A model generated the notes under the pieces. The model saw only the letters and a program-made list of their open reading frames with translations. It was not told where the DNA came from and searched no databases. From Bdellovibrionales bacterium (lineage in GTDB: Bacteria > Bdellovibrionota > Bdellovibrionia > Bdellovibrionales > DASUEL01), in the NCBI GenBank assembly GCA_050250255.1, contig JBFWOZ010000012.1, positions 2,293-66,292 on the forward strand: DNA of 64,000 bases, in the 5' to 3' direction. Made by a program: the position numbers and the translations under genes. Within the stretch, counting starts at the first letter, position 1. Each line of letters starts with the position of its first letter. Below, piece after piece: positions 1 to 8,872 of this stretch.

Positions 1-976
1 TGATCATTCCTAGAATTCCCATCAGTTGTGAACCAATAATGATTACGACGACAACGGTTACGGGATGGAGATTTACAATTTTTGCTACGACAAGTGGAAT
101 AATGACAATCATGTCGATGATTTGTCCTACAAGGTAAACTGTGGACATCAGCAAGATTGTGACGGTGGTGTCTTTATTTACGAGAGCAATGACGAATGCG
201 GGAACCATTCCAATGATAGGGCCGACATAAGGAATGAGGTTCGTGATACCAGCAAAAACAGCGAGAAGTGTCGAGTAAGGAAAGCCGATGAGCGCAAGAC
301 CGATCCAGGTAACCGTGGCGACGATGACGGATTCCAGAGCTTTTGCGCGTATGAATCCCCCCATTTGTTGGTTGATTTGATGGGTGAGATTAAGAGCCAG
401 TTCAAAAAAACTATTAGGAACAAAGCTGAGAAACCTTCTTCCCATCACTCGGCCATCTTTCAACATAAAAAAAGCAAAGAAGGGAGCGAGAATAGAGATC
501 GTAAAAATTTGTCCTGCGACAACGGGAATCCCCGAAAGGCTTGACTGTAACCAACCGGTGACCATCGGTGTGATTTTATCGGTGATATGTTCTTTGGCCA
601 TGGGGCCTGCGAGCGACATCAATGAATTGTTCAGTCGATCCGCAAGTGTTTTTAAGCCCTCTTGATAGACAGGAAGTTCCGCGTTGATGGAGTCAATCTG
701 AGCGGAAATAAGAGGAGAGAGCATAACAATGCTAAAGGTGAAAATAGCACCAAGGCCGAAGTAGGGAATGAGAACGGCCGTCGTGCGGTCGAGCCCACCT
801 CTTTCAAGGGCGGAGACCAATGGGTTGAGCGAGTAGGTGATAACCATGGCGATCACGAGAGAAACGAGCATGTTATCGACCTTGAGAATGATCAGCGTGG
901 CGCAGATAAAAAGTACGGCGACCACTAGTAATTTCAAGCGCATTTCACGTCGAATAAACTTTTCTTCTACTTTCAT
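1..976 (-). CDS. AI-2E (PerM/TqsA) family transporter, truncated at the left window edge
   Basis: Not in the ORF track because it runs off the edge. Manual translation from ATG 976 gives MKVEEKFIRREMRLKLLVVAVLFICATLIILKVDNMLVSLVIAMVITYSLNPLVSALERGGLDRTTAV..., the typical AI-2E N-terminus (YxLxPLV..LE). It is hydrophobic throughout and later contains LIPYVGP. Confidence 0.8.
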   Translation of the reverse strand, partial: MKVEEKFIRREMRLKLLVVAVLFICATLIILKVDNMLVSLVIAMVITYSLNPLVSALERGGLDRTTAVLIPYFGLGAIFTFSIVMLSPLISAQIDSINAELPVYQEGLKTLADRLNNSLMSLAGPMAKEHITDKITPMVTGWLQSSLSGIPVVAGQIFTISILAPFFAFFMLKDGRVMGRRFLSFVPNSFFELALNLTHQINQQMGGFIRAKALESVIVATVTWIGLALIGFPYSTLLAVFAGITNLIPYVGPIIGMVPAFVIALVNKDTTVTILLMSTVYLVGQIIDMIVIIPLVVAKIVNLHPVTVVVVIIIGSQLMGILGMI

Positions 977-997
977 CGCTGCACTTATTGTTTCTGC

Positions 998-1546
998 TTA
1001 CTTGTTGGTATTTTGAAGGCCAATGATCTCTTTTCGTAGCTGGCTGATCTTATCCGTTGTTTCTTTGAGTCGGCGCCCAAGAACCTCAGAGAGTCGAAAC
1101 ACAATTTTGATTCCGCTGGTGGGGCTTCTTTCGAGAATTTCCATGAGGTCAGGTTTGAAAAAACCGATCAGAATTGTATCTTCTGCGGCGATGGCAGAGG
1201 CGCTTCGGCGACCATTGTCTTCAACAAGTGAAAGTTCGCCAAAAAAGTCTCCCGACTCGAGGCGAGTGACAAAAATATGTTTGGCGTTTTCGCTGGCAAT
1301 AGGATGGTTGTCAAAGAGAGAAATGTCGATCGCGCCCTTGGCAATAATGTACATTCCGACGCCCACTTCGCCCTGTTGAAAAACAAATTCGCCCTTACGA
1401 TATTGTCTTTCATGAACGATCTGCTCAACAAATTTTAATTCTTTTGGGGTCAGGTCACGAAACAAAATATTTTCGGACAAAATGCGAGTGATGTTTCTCT
1501 CTTGTTCCGCTTTTTTAAAGACATTTTCCCAGAGGGTATTAATCAC
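998..1546 (-). CDS. Stand-alone cyclic-nucleotide-binding domain protein
   Basis: LFRDL, YRKGEFVFQQGEVGVGMYII and phosphate-binding cassette FFGELSL...RRSASA; no C-terminal HTH. Confidence 0.85.
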   Translation of the reverse strand: MINTLWENVFKKAEQERNITRILSENILFRDLTPKELKFVEQIVHERQYRKGEFVFQQGEVGVGMYIIAKGAIDISLFDNHPIASENAKHIFVTRLESGDFFGELSLVEDNGRRSASAIAAEDTILIGFFKPDLMEILERSPTSGIKIVFRLSEVLGRRLKETTDKISQLRKEIIGLQNTNK

Positions 1547-1550
1547 AATA

Positions 1551-2378
1551 TTATTCCTTTGATGAGTGGGAAATCAGGCTGTCGGAAGGAATCCATCCGG
1601 TCATTCCACCGGGATAAGTGATTTGATTCCATTTCTTGGCTTGAGAATCCTCAAAAGATTGTCTCACAACCACCTCGAGGCCTTCAAACAAATCAAAGAG
1701 GGGGGCTTGGTCTTCGCTTGGTCCAGATCGTGCCTCGACTTTTTCTATTATGATCGTGGCGCGCTCGGTACGCTGGTCCCAAGTTTTTAAGATGGTCGTC
1801 ACAGCGGAACCGAAAAATAAGATGGCGAGCATAATGACCGAAAGCGGTGAGGTGGTTAGTTTTGCAACTGAGTCCTGTTGAGCTTCGATTTCGGCACTAC
1901 GACGCTGTCCCCAATACTTCAAACCCACGATTCCAAACAGCAAAAGAAGAAGGGCTGTACAACCAAGCGCATGACTCAGCTTTAAATCCCGGAGGATGGT
2001 ATTTCGGTAGGCCTCCCAAGTTGTGATTCTATGCGGTAAAGCCTTCACTTTAAGTTGGGCGACTACAAACTTCTCTGCGGACTGAGCTTCTGAGAAAAAC
2101 GGGTCGGACTCTTGCGCTTTGCGTAAAAAAGCCAGAGCGCGTCCCTTATTGCCAAGTTTGAATTCCGCAAGACCAAGATTATAATTGATCAGTGGATTTT
2201 GCGGTTCCCGCGCCCAAGCGGTCGAGAGCTGCTCTTTTGCGACATCAAATTTTGCCTCTTGATAAGCAGATAAACCCGCTTGGTAATTGGTATCTATGGT
2301 TGGAGCGCTGCTCTGACCATCTGAAAAAACAACAACTGTGGTAAGAAGAACTTGAAGCACGATTTGCATAATGAACAT
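1551..2378 (-). CDS. BatE-like TPR + transmembrane + SH3 domain protein
   Basis: Signal peptide, TPR (YNLGLAEFKLGNKGRA), two TM segments and a C-terminal bacterial SH3 (ARSGPS...LFEGLEV...W...GWIP). Confidence 0.7.
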   Translation of the reverse strand: MFIMQIVLQVLLTTVVVFSDGQSSAPTIDTNYQAGLSAYQEAKFDVAKEQLSTAWAREPQNPLINYNLGLAEFKLGNKGRALAFLRKAQESDPFFSEAQSAEKFVVAQLKVKALPHRITTWEAYRNTILRDLKLSHALGCTALLLLLFGIVGLKYWGQRRSAEIEAQQDSVAKLTTSPLSVIMLAILFFGSAVTTILKTWDQRTERATIIIEKVEARSGPSEDQAPLFDLFEGLEVVVRQSFEDSQAKKWNQITYPGGMTGWIPSDSLISHSSKE

Positions 2379-2420
2379 ATCTTAGAGTGTAAGAAAACTC
2401 ACAGAGAATTGTCCATGTTT

Positions 2421-2433
2421 TGACATGATGTCA
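2421..2433. promoter_or_regulatory. Perfect palindrome TGACAT-G-ATGTCA, candidate operator
   Basis: 13-bp inverted repeat in the divergent intergenic gap, directly upstream of the GGGAGG RBS of the aminotransferase. Confidence 0.4.
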
Positions 2434-2444
2434 GGGAGGAAAAA

Positions 2445-3830
2445 GTGGAATTGCTTGGTCATAGATTGCAGAAATCCCAAGAGACAGCTCAGAATATTGA
2501 AGAATTGGTTCAACAGGTTGAATCATTAGGAAAAGAAATTCGTGGACCTAGACCTCCTAACCCGGCACTAAAGAAAAGCTTCGAACAGATGCTCGAGAAA
2601 TCAGCAAAATCTCGCGGTCGAGCTCTTTTTTATCCTTACATCGGGACAGGCATAGGGCGTGGGCCTTATGTAGAACTTGAAGATGGAAGCGTTAAGCTGG
2701 ATTTGATTATTGGAATCGGTGTGCATTTGTTTGGCCACTCGTATTCTCCGCTTTTGAAAGCAGCACTTCGAGGTGCACTTTCCGACATTACCAATCAAGG
2801 AAATTTACAGCCGAACAAAGAGTATGTAGAACTCGGTGATAAATTGGTGGCGCTTGCAAGTAAAAACTCTCGCTTGAAGCATGCATGGCTTACCACCTGC
2901 GGTTCGCGCGCTAACGAAAAAGCGTTAAAGTTAGCCCGACAAAAAAACTCTCCTCGTAAAATGGTGATCGCTATGGAGCGGGCCTTTGCGGGTCGTACAA
3001 CAATGATGGCAGAGATCACAGACAATCCTGAATATAAGCAGGGATTACCTGCTTACAATGAAGTTTTGAGAATACCTTTTCTCGATAAAAAAGATCCTGC
3101 GAGTGCAGAAAAATCCCTACGTGCGTTCAAAGACCATCTCGCTCGACACGGGAAAGATATTGCCGCTTTCATGTTTGAAATTGTTCAAGGTGAAGGCGGG
3201 TTCCGAGCAGCAACGCGAGAGTATTTGCTACCGATGTTAGAACTCTGTCGTGAAAATAAAATTGCAGTTTGGGTGGATGAAATTCAAACATTTTCTCGCA
3301 CGGGCGAGCTCTTCGCGTTTGAAACATTGGGTATCGGCGAATACGTCGATATCTGTACCGTTGCTAAAGTTTTGCAAGTAGCCGCGACTCTTTACACAGA
3401 AGATTACAACCCAAAGCCAGGCTTGATTGCCGGAACATTTTCGGGTTCTTCCGCTGCGCTCTCGACAAGTCTTGAAGTGTTAAATCAGCTCATGATCGGA
3501 AATTATTTTGGTGCAAATGGAAAAGTTGCTCAGCTCAACAAAAAATTTACAGGAATGCTTCAAGACCTGGAGAGAGGTTCATGCAAAGATCTTTTAGAGG
3601 ACTCAGGTGGGCTCGGGCTTATGATTGCGACCACCCCATTTGGTGGCAATAAGGATAAGGTTCAAAAACTTCTCAAAGTTCTATTTGAAAACGGGCTCAT
3701 CAGCTTTGGTTGTGGCCGCGATCCTTATCGTATTCGATTTCTTGCTCCGATGATTCTCGAAGATCAAGACATCCAGGTAGCAAAAGAGATTTTAGAGAAA
3801 TCTCTTCTTCAGGTGGCGAAAGAAGGATGA
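2445..3830 (+). CDS. Class-III PLP aminotransferase (succinyl/acetylornithine aminotransferase, AstC/ArgD-like)
   Basis: AFAGRT, FEIVQGEGG, WVDEIQT, PLP lysine in TVAK, GTFSG; clustered with astA/astD; GTG start with GGGAGG RBS. Confidence 0.85.
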   Translation: MELLGHRLQKSQETAQNIEELVQQVESLGKEIRGPRPPNPALKKSFEQMLEKSAKSRGRALFYPYIGTGIGRGPYVELEDGSVKLDLIIGIGVHLFGHSYSPLLKAALRGALSDITNQGNLQPNKEYVELGDKLVALASKNSRLKHAWLTTCGSRANEKALKLARQKNSPRKMVIAMERAFAGRTTMMAEITDNPEYKQGLPAYNEVLRIPFLDKKDPASAEKSLRAFKDHLARHGKDIAAFMFEIVQGEGGFRAATREYLLPMLELCRENKIAVWVDEIQTFSRTGELFAFETLGIGEYVDICTVAKVLQVAATLYTEDYNPKPGLIAGTFSGSSAALSTSLEVLNQLMIGNYFGANGKVAQLNKKFTGMLQDLERGSCKDLLEDSGGLGLMIATTPFGGNKDKVQKLLKVLFENGLISFGCGRDPYRIRFLAPMILEDQDIQVAKEILEKSLLQVAKEG

Positions 3831-5174
3831 TTGGAATTTCTTGAACGGTGCCGACGTTTTATCAGCGTCGAAAGCACACCTAATACTGGAAATGTAGATG
3901 CAGCACAGCTCGCGGCACAATGGTGCCGCGAGGCGGGCCTACATGTGAGCCTTCAGGAGGGTGTGATCGCGGGTGTAGCACAGATGAATGTCATCGCTCG
4001 TCCGGTAGAATCGCGCCCTAGTTCTGAGATTCTTTTTCAAACGCATTTGGACACGGCCAGTCCGGGTGCCTATAGCTTATGGACCGAGACCGATCGTAAC
4101 CCCTTCAATGCAACAATCCACGGTGACCGCATTTACGGATTGGGAGCAGCGAATTCAAAACTTGATTTTCTCTGTAAACTCGAAGCAATCAAACAAATTG
4201 GAAACAAAAAGTGGAAGACCCCATTTGTTCTTGTGGGTACTTATGGCCAAGAAATTGGAATGTTCGGGGCAAAAAAAATTGTGCAAGAGGATATGGTTTC
4301 AGCTCAATTAGCCGTCATTGGCGAGCCTACAGATTTACAGCCGGTGCTCTCTTGTAATGGATCTGTTGTTGCGGAATTTTTTATTCCATTTTCTGAAGAA
4401 GAAAAAAACTATCGTTCAGAACACGAAAAAGCAGAAAGTACCGCGACCCAAAGTCGTATTTTTAGAGGAAAAGCTGCTCACTCCTCGACTCCCCACCTTG
4501 GTGAGAATGCGATTATGAAATTAGTTCGCTACCTCAATGATTTGCCTGAAAGTGTTGCGGTCCTCACAATTGACGGTGGAACTTTTCACAATATCGTACC
4601 TGAACAGGCGTTTATTGAGATCGATATGTCACGCGTCTTTACAAATAATATTGGACGTCGTTTTTTGAAATTGATTAAGGAAATGGAAAGCCTTTCGATG
4701 ACCTTCCTAAACTTTCAAGACAATCAATTTGATCCGCCCACTCCTACTTTTAACGTAGGTGTGGTCAGAACTTATGAAGACGGAATTCAAGTGATGGTCA
4801 ACCTTCGATTGACGCCATCCGTAGCGGAGCCCGCTTTACAAGAATGGCGAGCAAGAATTCGAGGGTTTTGCCAGACTTCAGAAATCCGTTTTCGTACGCG
4901 CGAATATAAACCTCCGGTGATAACAAGCGAAGATCGTTATTTAGTAAAAACCGCTCTCTCTGTATTAAAAAATCTTGGATGTGAAGCCCGCGGAATCAAT
5001 AAATCTACGACAAATGAATCGAGCATCTATACCTCTTCGGGAATCGAAAGCTTAGTGATTGGGCCGGGCACGACGGTGGGTAACTCTCATGGGCCGAATG
5101 AACATAATAGTATTCAACAGCTTGAAATCGCCGTGAAGCTCTATGGAAAAATGATTGAAAGTATGTGTTTATGA
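3831..5174 (+). CDS. M20 family (ArgE/DapE-like) deacylase with non-canonical active site
   Basis: THLDT, IYGLGAANSK, GQE, GEPT, GKAAHSSTPHLGENAI, HGPNEH. Confidence 0.8.
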   Translation: MEFLERCRRFISVESTPNTGNVDAAQLAAQWCREAGLHVSLQEGVIAGVAQMNVIARPVESRPSSEILFQTHLDTASPGAYSLWTETDRNPFNATIHGDRIYGLGAANSKLDFLCKLEAIKQIGNKKWKTPFVLVGTYGQEIGMFGAKKIVQEDMVSAQLAVIGEPTDLQPVLSCNGSVVAEFFIPFSEEEKNYRSEHEKAESTATQSRIFRGKAAHSSTPHLGENAIMKLVRYLNDLPESVAVLTIDGGTFHNIVPEQAFIEIDMSRVFTNNIGRRFLKLIKEMESLSMTFLNFQDNQFDPPTPTFNVGVVRTYEDGIQVMVNLRLTPSVAEPALQEWRARIRGFCQTSEIRFRTREYKPPVITSEDRYLVKTALSVLKNLGCEARGINKSTTNESSIYTSSGIESLVIGPGTTVGNSHGPNEHNSIQQLEIAVKLYGKMIESMCL

Positions 5175-6196
5175 GCTTTTTAATTCGAAGTGTTGATGAA
5201 AAAGATGTGGGGCAGTTAGTCCACTTGGCGAAGCAATTTGCTCTCCTGAACATGCCTCCAGATGAAACCATCTTAAAAGCTAAAATCAAAAGAAGTGTAA
5301 AATCCTTTGCGGGTGAACTTGACAAAGCAGATGCAGAATATCTTTTTGTTATTGAAGATACGGAAACAAAAAAAGTAGTGGCGAGCTCTCTCATCTTGGC
5401 CAAACATGGAACACCCGAAGTTCCACATAACTATTTTAAGGTTATGAAGAAAGAACGCTTTAGCCAAGATTTAGGTGTGGGCTTCATTCACACGATTTTA
5501 CGTTATTGTCAGAACGTAGACGGACCTACAGAAATTGGCGGTCTTCTTGTGGATGCGGGTTATCGTCGTCGTCCTGAAAAACTGGGAAAACAAATCTCTC
5601 TCGTACGATTTATTTTTATGGGGCTTTGCCCAGAAAAGTTTGAAAGCCAAATCCTCTGTGAGTTAACTCCACCGCTAACAAAAGAAGGACGGAGTGAGTT
5701 TTGGGAATCGCTCGGGCGCCGCTTTACAGGTTTACCATACCAGGAGGCAGATAAACTCAGCCAGGTGAACAAAGAGTTTATCCAAACTCTTTTTCCAGAA
5801 GAAGATATTTATCTCACTCTTCTCGATTCTAAAGCACGCTTAGTTTTGGGCCGCGTGGGAGAATCGACTATGCCTGCAAAACATCTTCTTGAGAGTATTG
5901 GGTTTAAATATTTAAATGAAGTAGATCCTTTTGATGGTGGCCCCCATTACGGAGCAGCGCTGAAGGATGTATCTGTTGTTCGTCGAGGTAAAAGGCTTAA
6001 AGTTTCTGAAAAAGATCCAGAATCTTTAAACGAGCTCGGACTAGTTGGTGTTTATCGCGAAGCTCAGTTTCGCGGTCTCCAAACAGCGGCGATGATCCAA
6101 GGTCAAGAAATTTTACTTACGCGCGCTTCGCGAGAGTTTTTGACTTTAAAGCAAGGTGATGAAGTTTTCTGGAGTCCATACGGAGACGAAATTTAG
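5171..6196 (+). CDS. astA: Arginine/ornithine N-succinyltransferase
   Basis: AstA-like motifs YLFVIED, PTEIGGLLV, FWESLGRRFTG, VDPFDGGP; ATG overlaps the upstream TGA (ATGA). Confidence 0.85.
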   Translation: MSFLIRSVDEKDVGQLVHLAKQFALLNMPPDETILKAKIKRSVKSFAGELDKADAEYLFVIEDTETKKVVASSLILAKHGTPEVPHNYFKVMKKERFSQDLGVGFIHTILRYCQNVDGPTEIGGLLVDAGYRRRPEKLGKQISLVRFIFMGLCPEKFESQILCELTPPLTKEGRSEFWESLGRRFTGLPYQEADKLSQVNKEFIQTLFPEEDIYLTLLDSKARLVLGRVGESTMPAKHLLESIGFKYLNEVDPFDGGPHYGAALKDVSVVRRGKRLKVSEKDPESLNELGLVGVYREAQFRGLQTAAMIQGQEILLTRASREFLTLKQGDEVFWSPYGDEI

Positions 6197-6203
6197 GAGG
6201 GTT

Positions 6204-7712
6204 ATGCAAAATCAGCCAATTCATTTTTTAGGGAATTACATCAACGGGAAATTTGTTCGCCATCAGAGGCCAGATACAGTTTGGGAAAACAAAAGCCCTG
6301 CGGATTTAAAAGATGTAACAATTAAAATTGAGGCGCAGCTGGATCAGGTAGATGAGGCCTGCATTGCCGCTAAAGACGCTTTCGAAGAGTGGTCGACTCT
6401 CAAGCAAGAAGATCGAAATCAGTATCTATTGAGACTTAAAGAATTATTTATTTCTCACGCAGAAGAGATGGCAGTTCTTATTTCTCGTGAAACCGGAAAG
6501 CCCCTTTGGGAAACAAAAACGGAAGCGGCTGCGCTTTCAAATAAAATTGACATTACGATTAACCAATCTTTGAAGCTCGTTGCGGATCAAGTCGTAGACA
6601 ACGCACTTCCTGGTGTTACGGGAAAGATTGTTTATAAGCCTCGTGGGACAATGGCCGTTCTCGGTCCATTTAATTTCCCGGCGCACTTGCCAAATGGACA
6701 TATCATCCCTGCTTTAGCTACGGGCAATACGATTGTTTTCAAGCCCAGCGAATGGACTCCGGCCGTTGGACAGTTTTTGGCCCAACTGATTGATAAGGCA
6801 AAATTTCCTCCTGGTGTTTTCAATCTTGTGCACGGTAAGGGCGATGTTGGCGAGCGACTTGTCATGCATGAAAAGGTGGACGGAATTTTATTCACTGGTT
6901 CTTATGAGGTTGGGTTTAAAATCAAGCAGGCAACGCTCGGCCATTATTGGAAAATTCTCGCACTCGAAATGGGCGGAAAAAACGCGTCCATCGTTTGGGA
7001 AGACGCCGATATGGAAAAAGCTATTTACGAAAACATCGTAGGATCTTTTTCTTCTACTGGCCAGAGATGCTCTTGCACGAGTCGCCTCATTATACATCGC
7101 AGTCGACAAGACGAATTTGTTTCGAAATTTTATGAGACAGCAAAAAAATTAAGTATTGGTCACTGGAATTCCATGTCTTTTATGGGGCCTCTTATCAACG
7201 AAGCGGCAGTTGAAAAATACATTCGCTTTCAGGGGATTGCGAAACGAGAGGGAAATGAAAGTTTGATGAGAGGCAAAGAGCTTGATACGCCTTATCAGGG
7301 TTACTACGTCACACCGAGTATCAACATTGTGAAAGAAGCTTCAGCTCAATCGATTTATCAAAAGAGTGAAATTTTTGGACCGAACGTGGCGATTTATACT
7401 GTCGATGATTTATCGGAAGCTGTGCAAATTGTGAACTCTTCGGATTACGGTTTGTCGATGGCCATTTTTAGTAAAGACAAAAACATTTACGAAGAAGCTG
7501 TAAGAAGATGCAATGTGGGACTTGTGAACTGGAATCGCGCCAGCGTAGGTGCAAGCTCAAGGTTGCCATTTGGTGGAACGGGCAAATCTGGAAACCATCA
7601 GCCATCGGCTCATTTTGCGGTTTATTATTGCACGACTCCTGTTGCGTGCCTTGAAGATACAAGTTCATTTGATCGAAATAAAATTTTACCGGGTATTCAA
7701 TACGAGACTTGA
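6204..7712 (+). CDS. astD: Succinylglutamate-semialdehyde dehydrogenase
   Basis: ETGKPLWE, GPFNFPAHLPNGHIIPAL, FTGS, LALEMGGKN, GQRC, EIFGP, GASSRLPFGG; ATG 6204 follows an AGGAGG RBS. Confidence 0.9.
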   Translation: MQNQPIHFLGNYINGKFVRHQRPDTVWENKSPADLKDVTIKIEAQLDQVDEACIAAKDAFEEWSTLKQEDRNQYLLRLKELFISHAEEMAVLISRETGKPLWETKTEAAALSNKIDITINQSLKLVADQVVDNALPGVTGKIVYKPRGTMAVLGPFNFPAHLPNGHIIPALATGNTIVFKPSEWTPAVGQFLAQLIDKAKFPPGVFNLVHGKGDVGERLVMHEKVDGILFTGSYEVGFKIKQATLGHYWKILALEMGGKNASIVWEDADMEKAIYENIVGSFSSTGQRCSCTSRLIIHRSRQDEFVSKFYETAKKLSIGHWNSMSFMGPLINEAAVEKYIRFQGIAKREGNESLMRGKELDTPYQGYYVTPSINIVKEASAQSIYQKSEIFGPNVAIYTVDDLSEAVQIVNSSDYGLSMAIFSKDKNIYEEAVRRCNVGLVNWNRASVGASSRLPFGGTGKSGNHQPSAHFAVYYCTTPVACLEDTSSFDRNKILPGIQYET

Positions 7713-8797
7713 TGATGAGAAGAATAGTTTTAGCTCTTGTAGCGTTGATTGCTGGATGGTGTGCGGTTCTTCTTTTTATGGGACTGCAATTTATGTATTC
7801 CCCTGCGAATCCCGGGTCTCCGGACGTTATTTTTTCAGTTGAACCAGGGCCTTTTGCAAAAACAGCACAAAATTTAGCATCTCAAGGACTTACGAAAGAT
7901 GCTTTTAAAATGCGCATGTTGGCTAAATTCACAGGCTATGCGAATAAAATTCAGGTGGGTGAGTACAAATTAGATGCAGGAATGACACCGATTGAAATCC
8001 TACAAGAAATTTCATCCGGTAAAACAATTCAATATCCCTTTACGATGTCCGAAGGGCTCAATATTTTTGAAATTGCCAACCTTATGGAATCTCAAAGTTT
8101 TGCAAAAGCTCAAGAGGTCATTGCGAAATGCTTCGATAAAAGTTTTTTTAAAAAATACTTAGGCGATGTGCATTCCTGCGAAGGTTATCTCTTCCCAGAA
8201 ACTTACAATTTCAACAAGAGCATGTCCCTAGAGGCCAAGCTTGGTGTCATGATCAAAAAGTTTTTAGAAAGATATAAAGAGCTTGAGGTTCAATATTCGA
8301 ATTTCTATCTTAATCGACATGAGATCGTTACGCTTGCGAGCATTATTGAAAAAGAAACAGGCGCGGATGAAGAGCGAGCTTTGGTCTCCTCTGTTTATCA
8401 AAACCGATTGAAAATTGGAATGCGCTTACAGGCAGACCCAACCGTTCTTTATGGAATGATGGATACCTCAAAGAAATTGGAAAACAATATTCGCAGAAAA
8501 GACTTACTCACGCCCAATCGTTACAACACGTATGCAATGAAAGGCCTGCCCTTTGGTCCTATTGCGAATCCCGGGTTTGCGTCGCTGAAAGCGGTGTTTA
8601 CTCCAGCCACTGCAGACTACTTATATTTCGTGAGTAAAAATGATGGGACTCATGTTTTTTCAAAAGACTTTTCGGTGCACAGTGCCAATGTTCAAAGCCT
8701 GCAAAAAAATCCAGAGGCGAGAAAAGGTAAGTCTTGGAAAGATCTGGCGAAATCAAAGACTCAAAAATCTCCTCCACAAAAGTCTAGGACTCGTTAA
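7712..8797 (+). CDS. mltG: Endolytic transglycosylase MltG (YceG)
   Basis: N-terminal TM, EGYLFPETY, LASIIEKET, RLQADPTVLY, YNTY..GLP.GPIANPG, YLYFV. Confidence 0.92.
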   Translation: MMRRIVLALVALIAGWCAVLLFMGLQFMYSPANPGSPDVIFSVEPGPFAKTAQNLASQGLTKDAFKMRMLAKFTGYANKIQVGEYKLDAGMTPIEILQEISSGKTIQYPFTMSEGLNIFEIANLMESQSFAKAQEVIAKCFDKSFFKKYLGDVHSCEGYLFPETYNFNKSMSLEAKLGVMIKKFLERYKELEVQYSNFYLNRHEIVTLASIIEKETGADEERALVSSVYQNRLKIGMRLQADPTVLYGMMDTSKKLENNIRRKDLLTPNRYNTYAMKGLPFGPIANPGFASLKAVFTPATADYLYFVSKNDGTHVFSKDFSVHSANVQSLQKNPEARKGKSWKDLAKSKTQKSPPQKSRTR

Positions 8798-8812
8798 AAC
8801 GTCGAGTCTATC

Positions 8813-8840
8813 CTTAGTTTGCGCCTGTATATTCCGATGA
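8813..8840 (+). promoter_or_regulatory. Putative sigma28 (FliA) promoter
   Basis: CTTAGTTT-N12-TCCGATGA resembles the TAAAGTTT-N11-GCCGATAA consensus; it ends 32 nt before the GTG at 8873. Confidence 0.5.
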
Positions 8841-8872
8841 GTTAACAGGTACTTACAGCACCTGAGGAGCTT

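Noticed and set aside
65-928. Plus-strand ORFs 65..544, 384..665 and 662..928
   Set aside because: Antisense shadows of the minus-strand AI-2E transporter, which the ORF track missed because it runs off the window edge.
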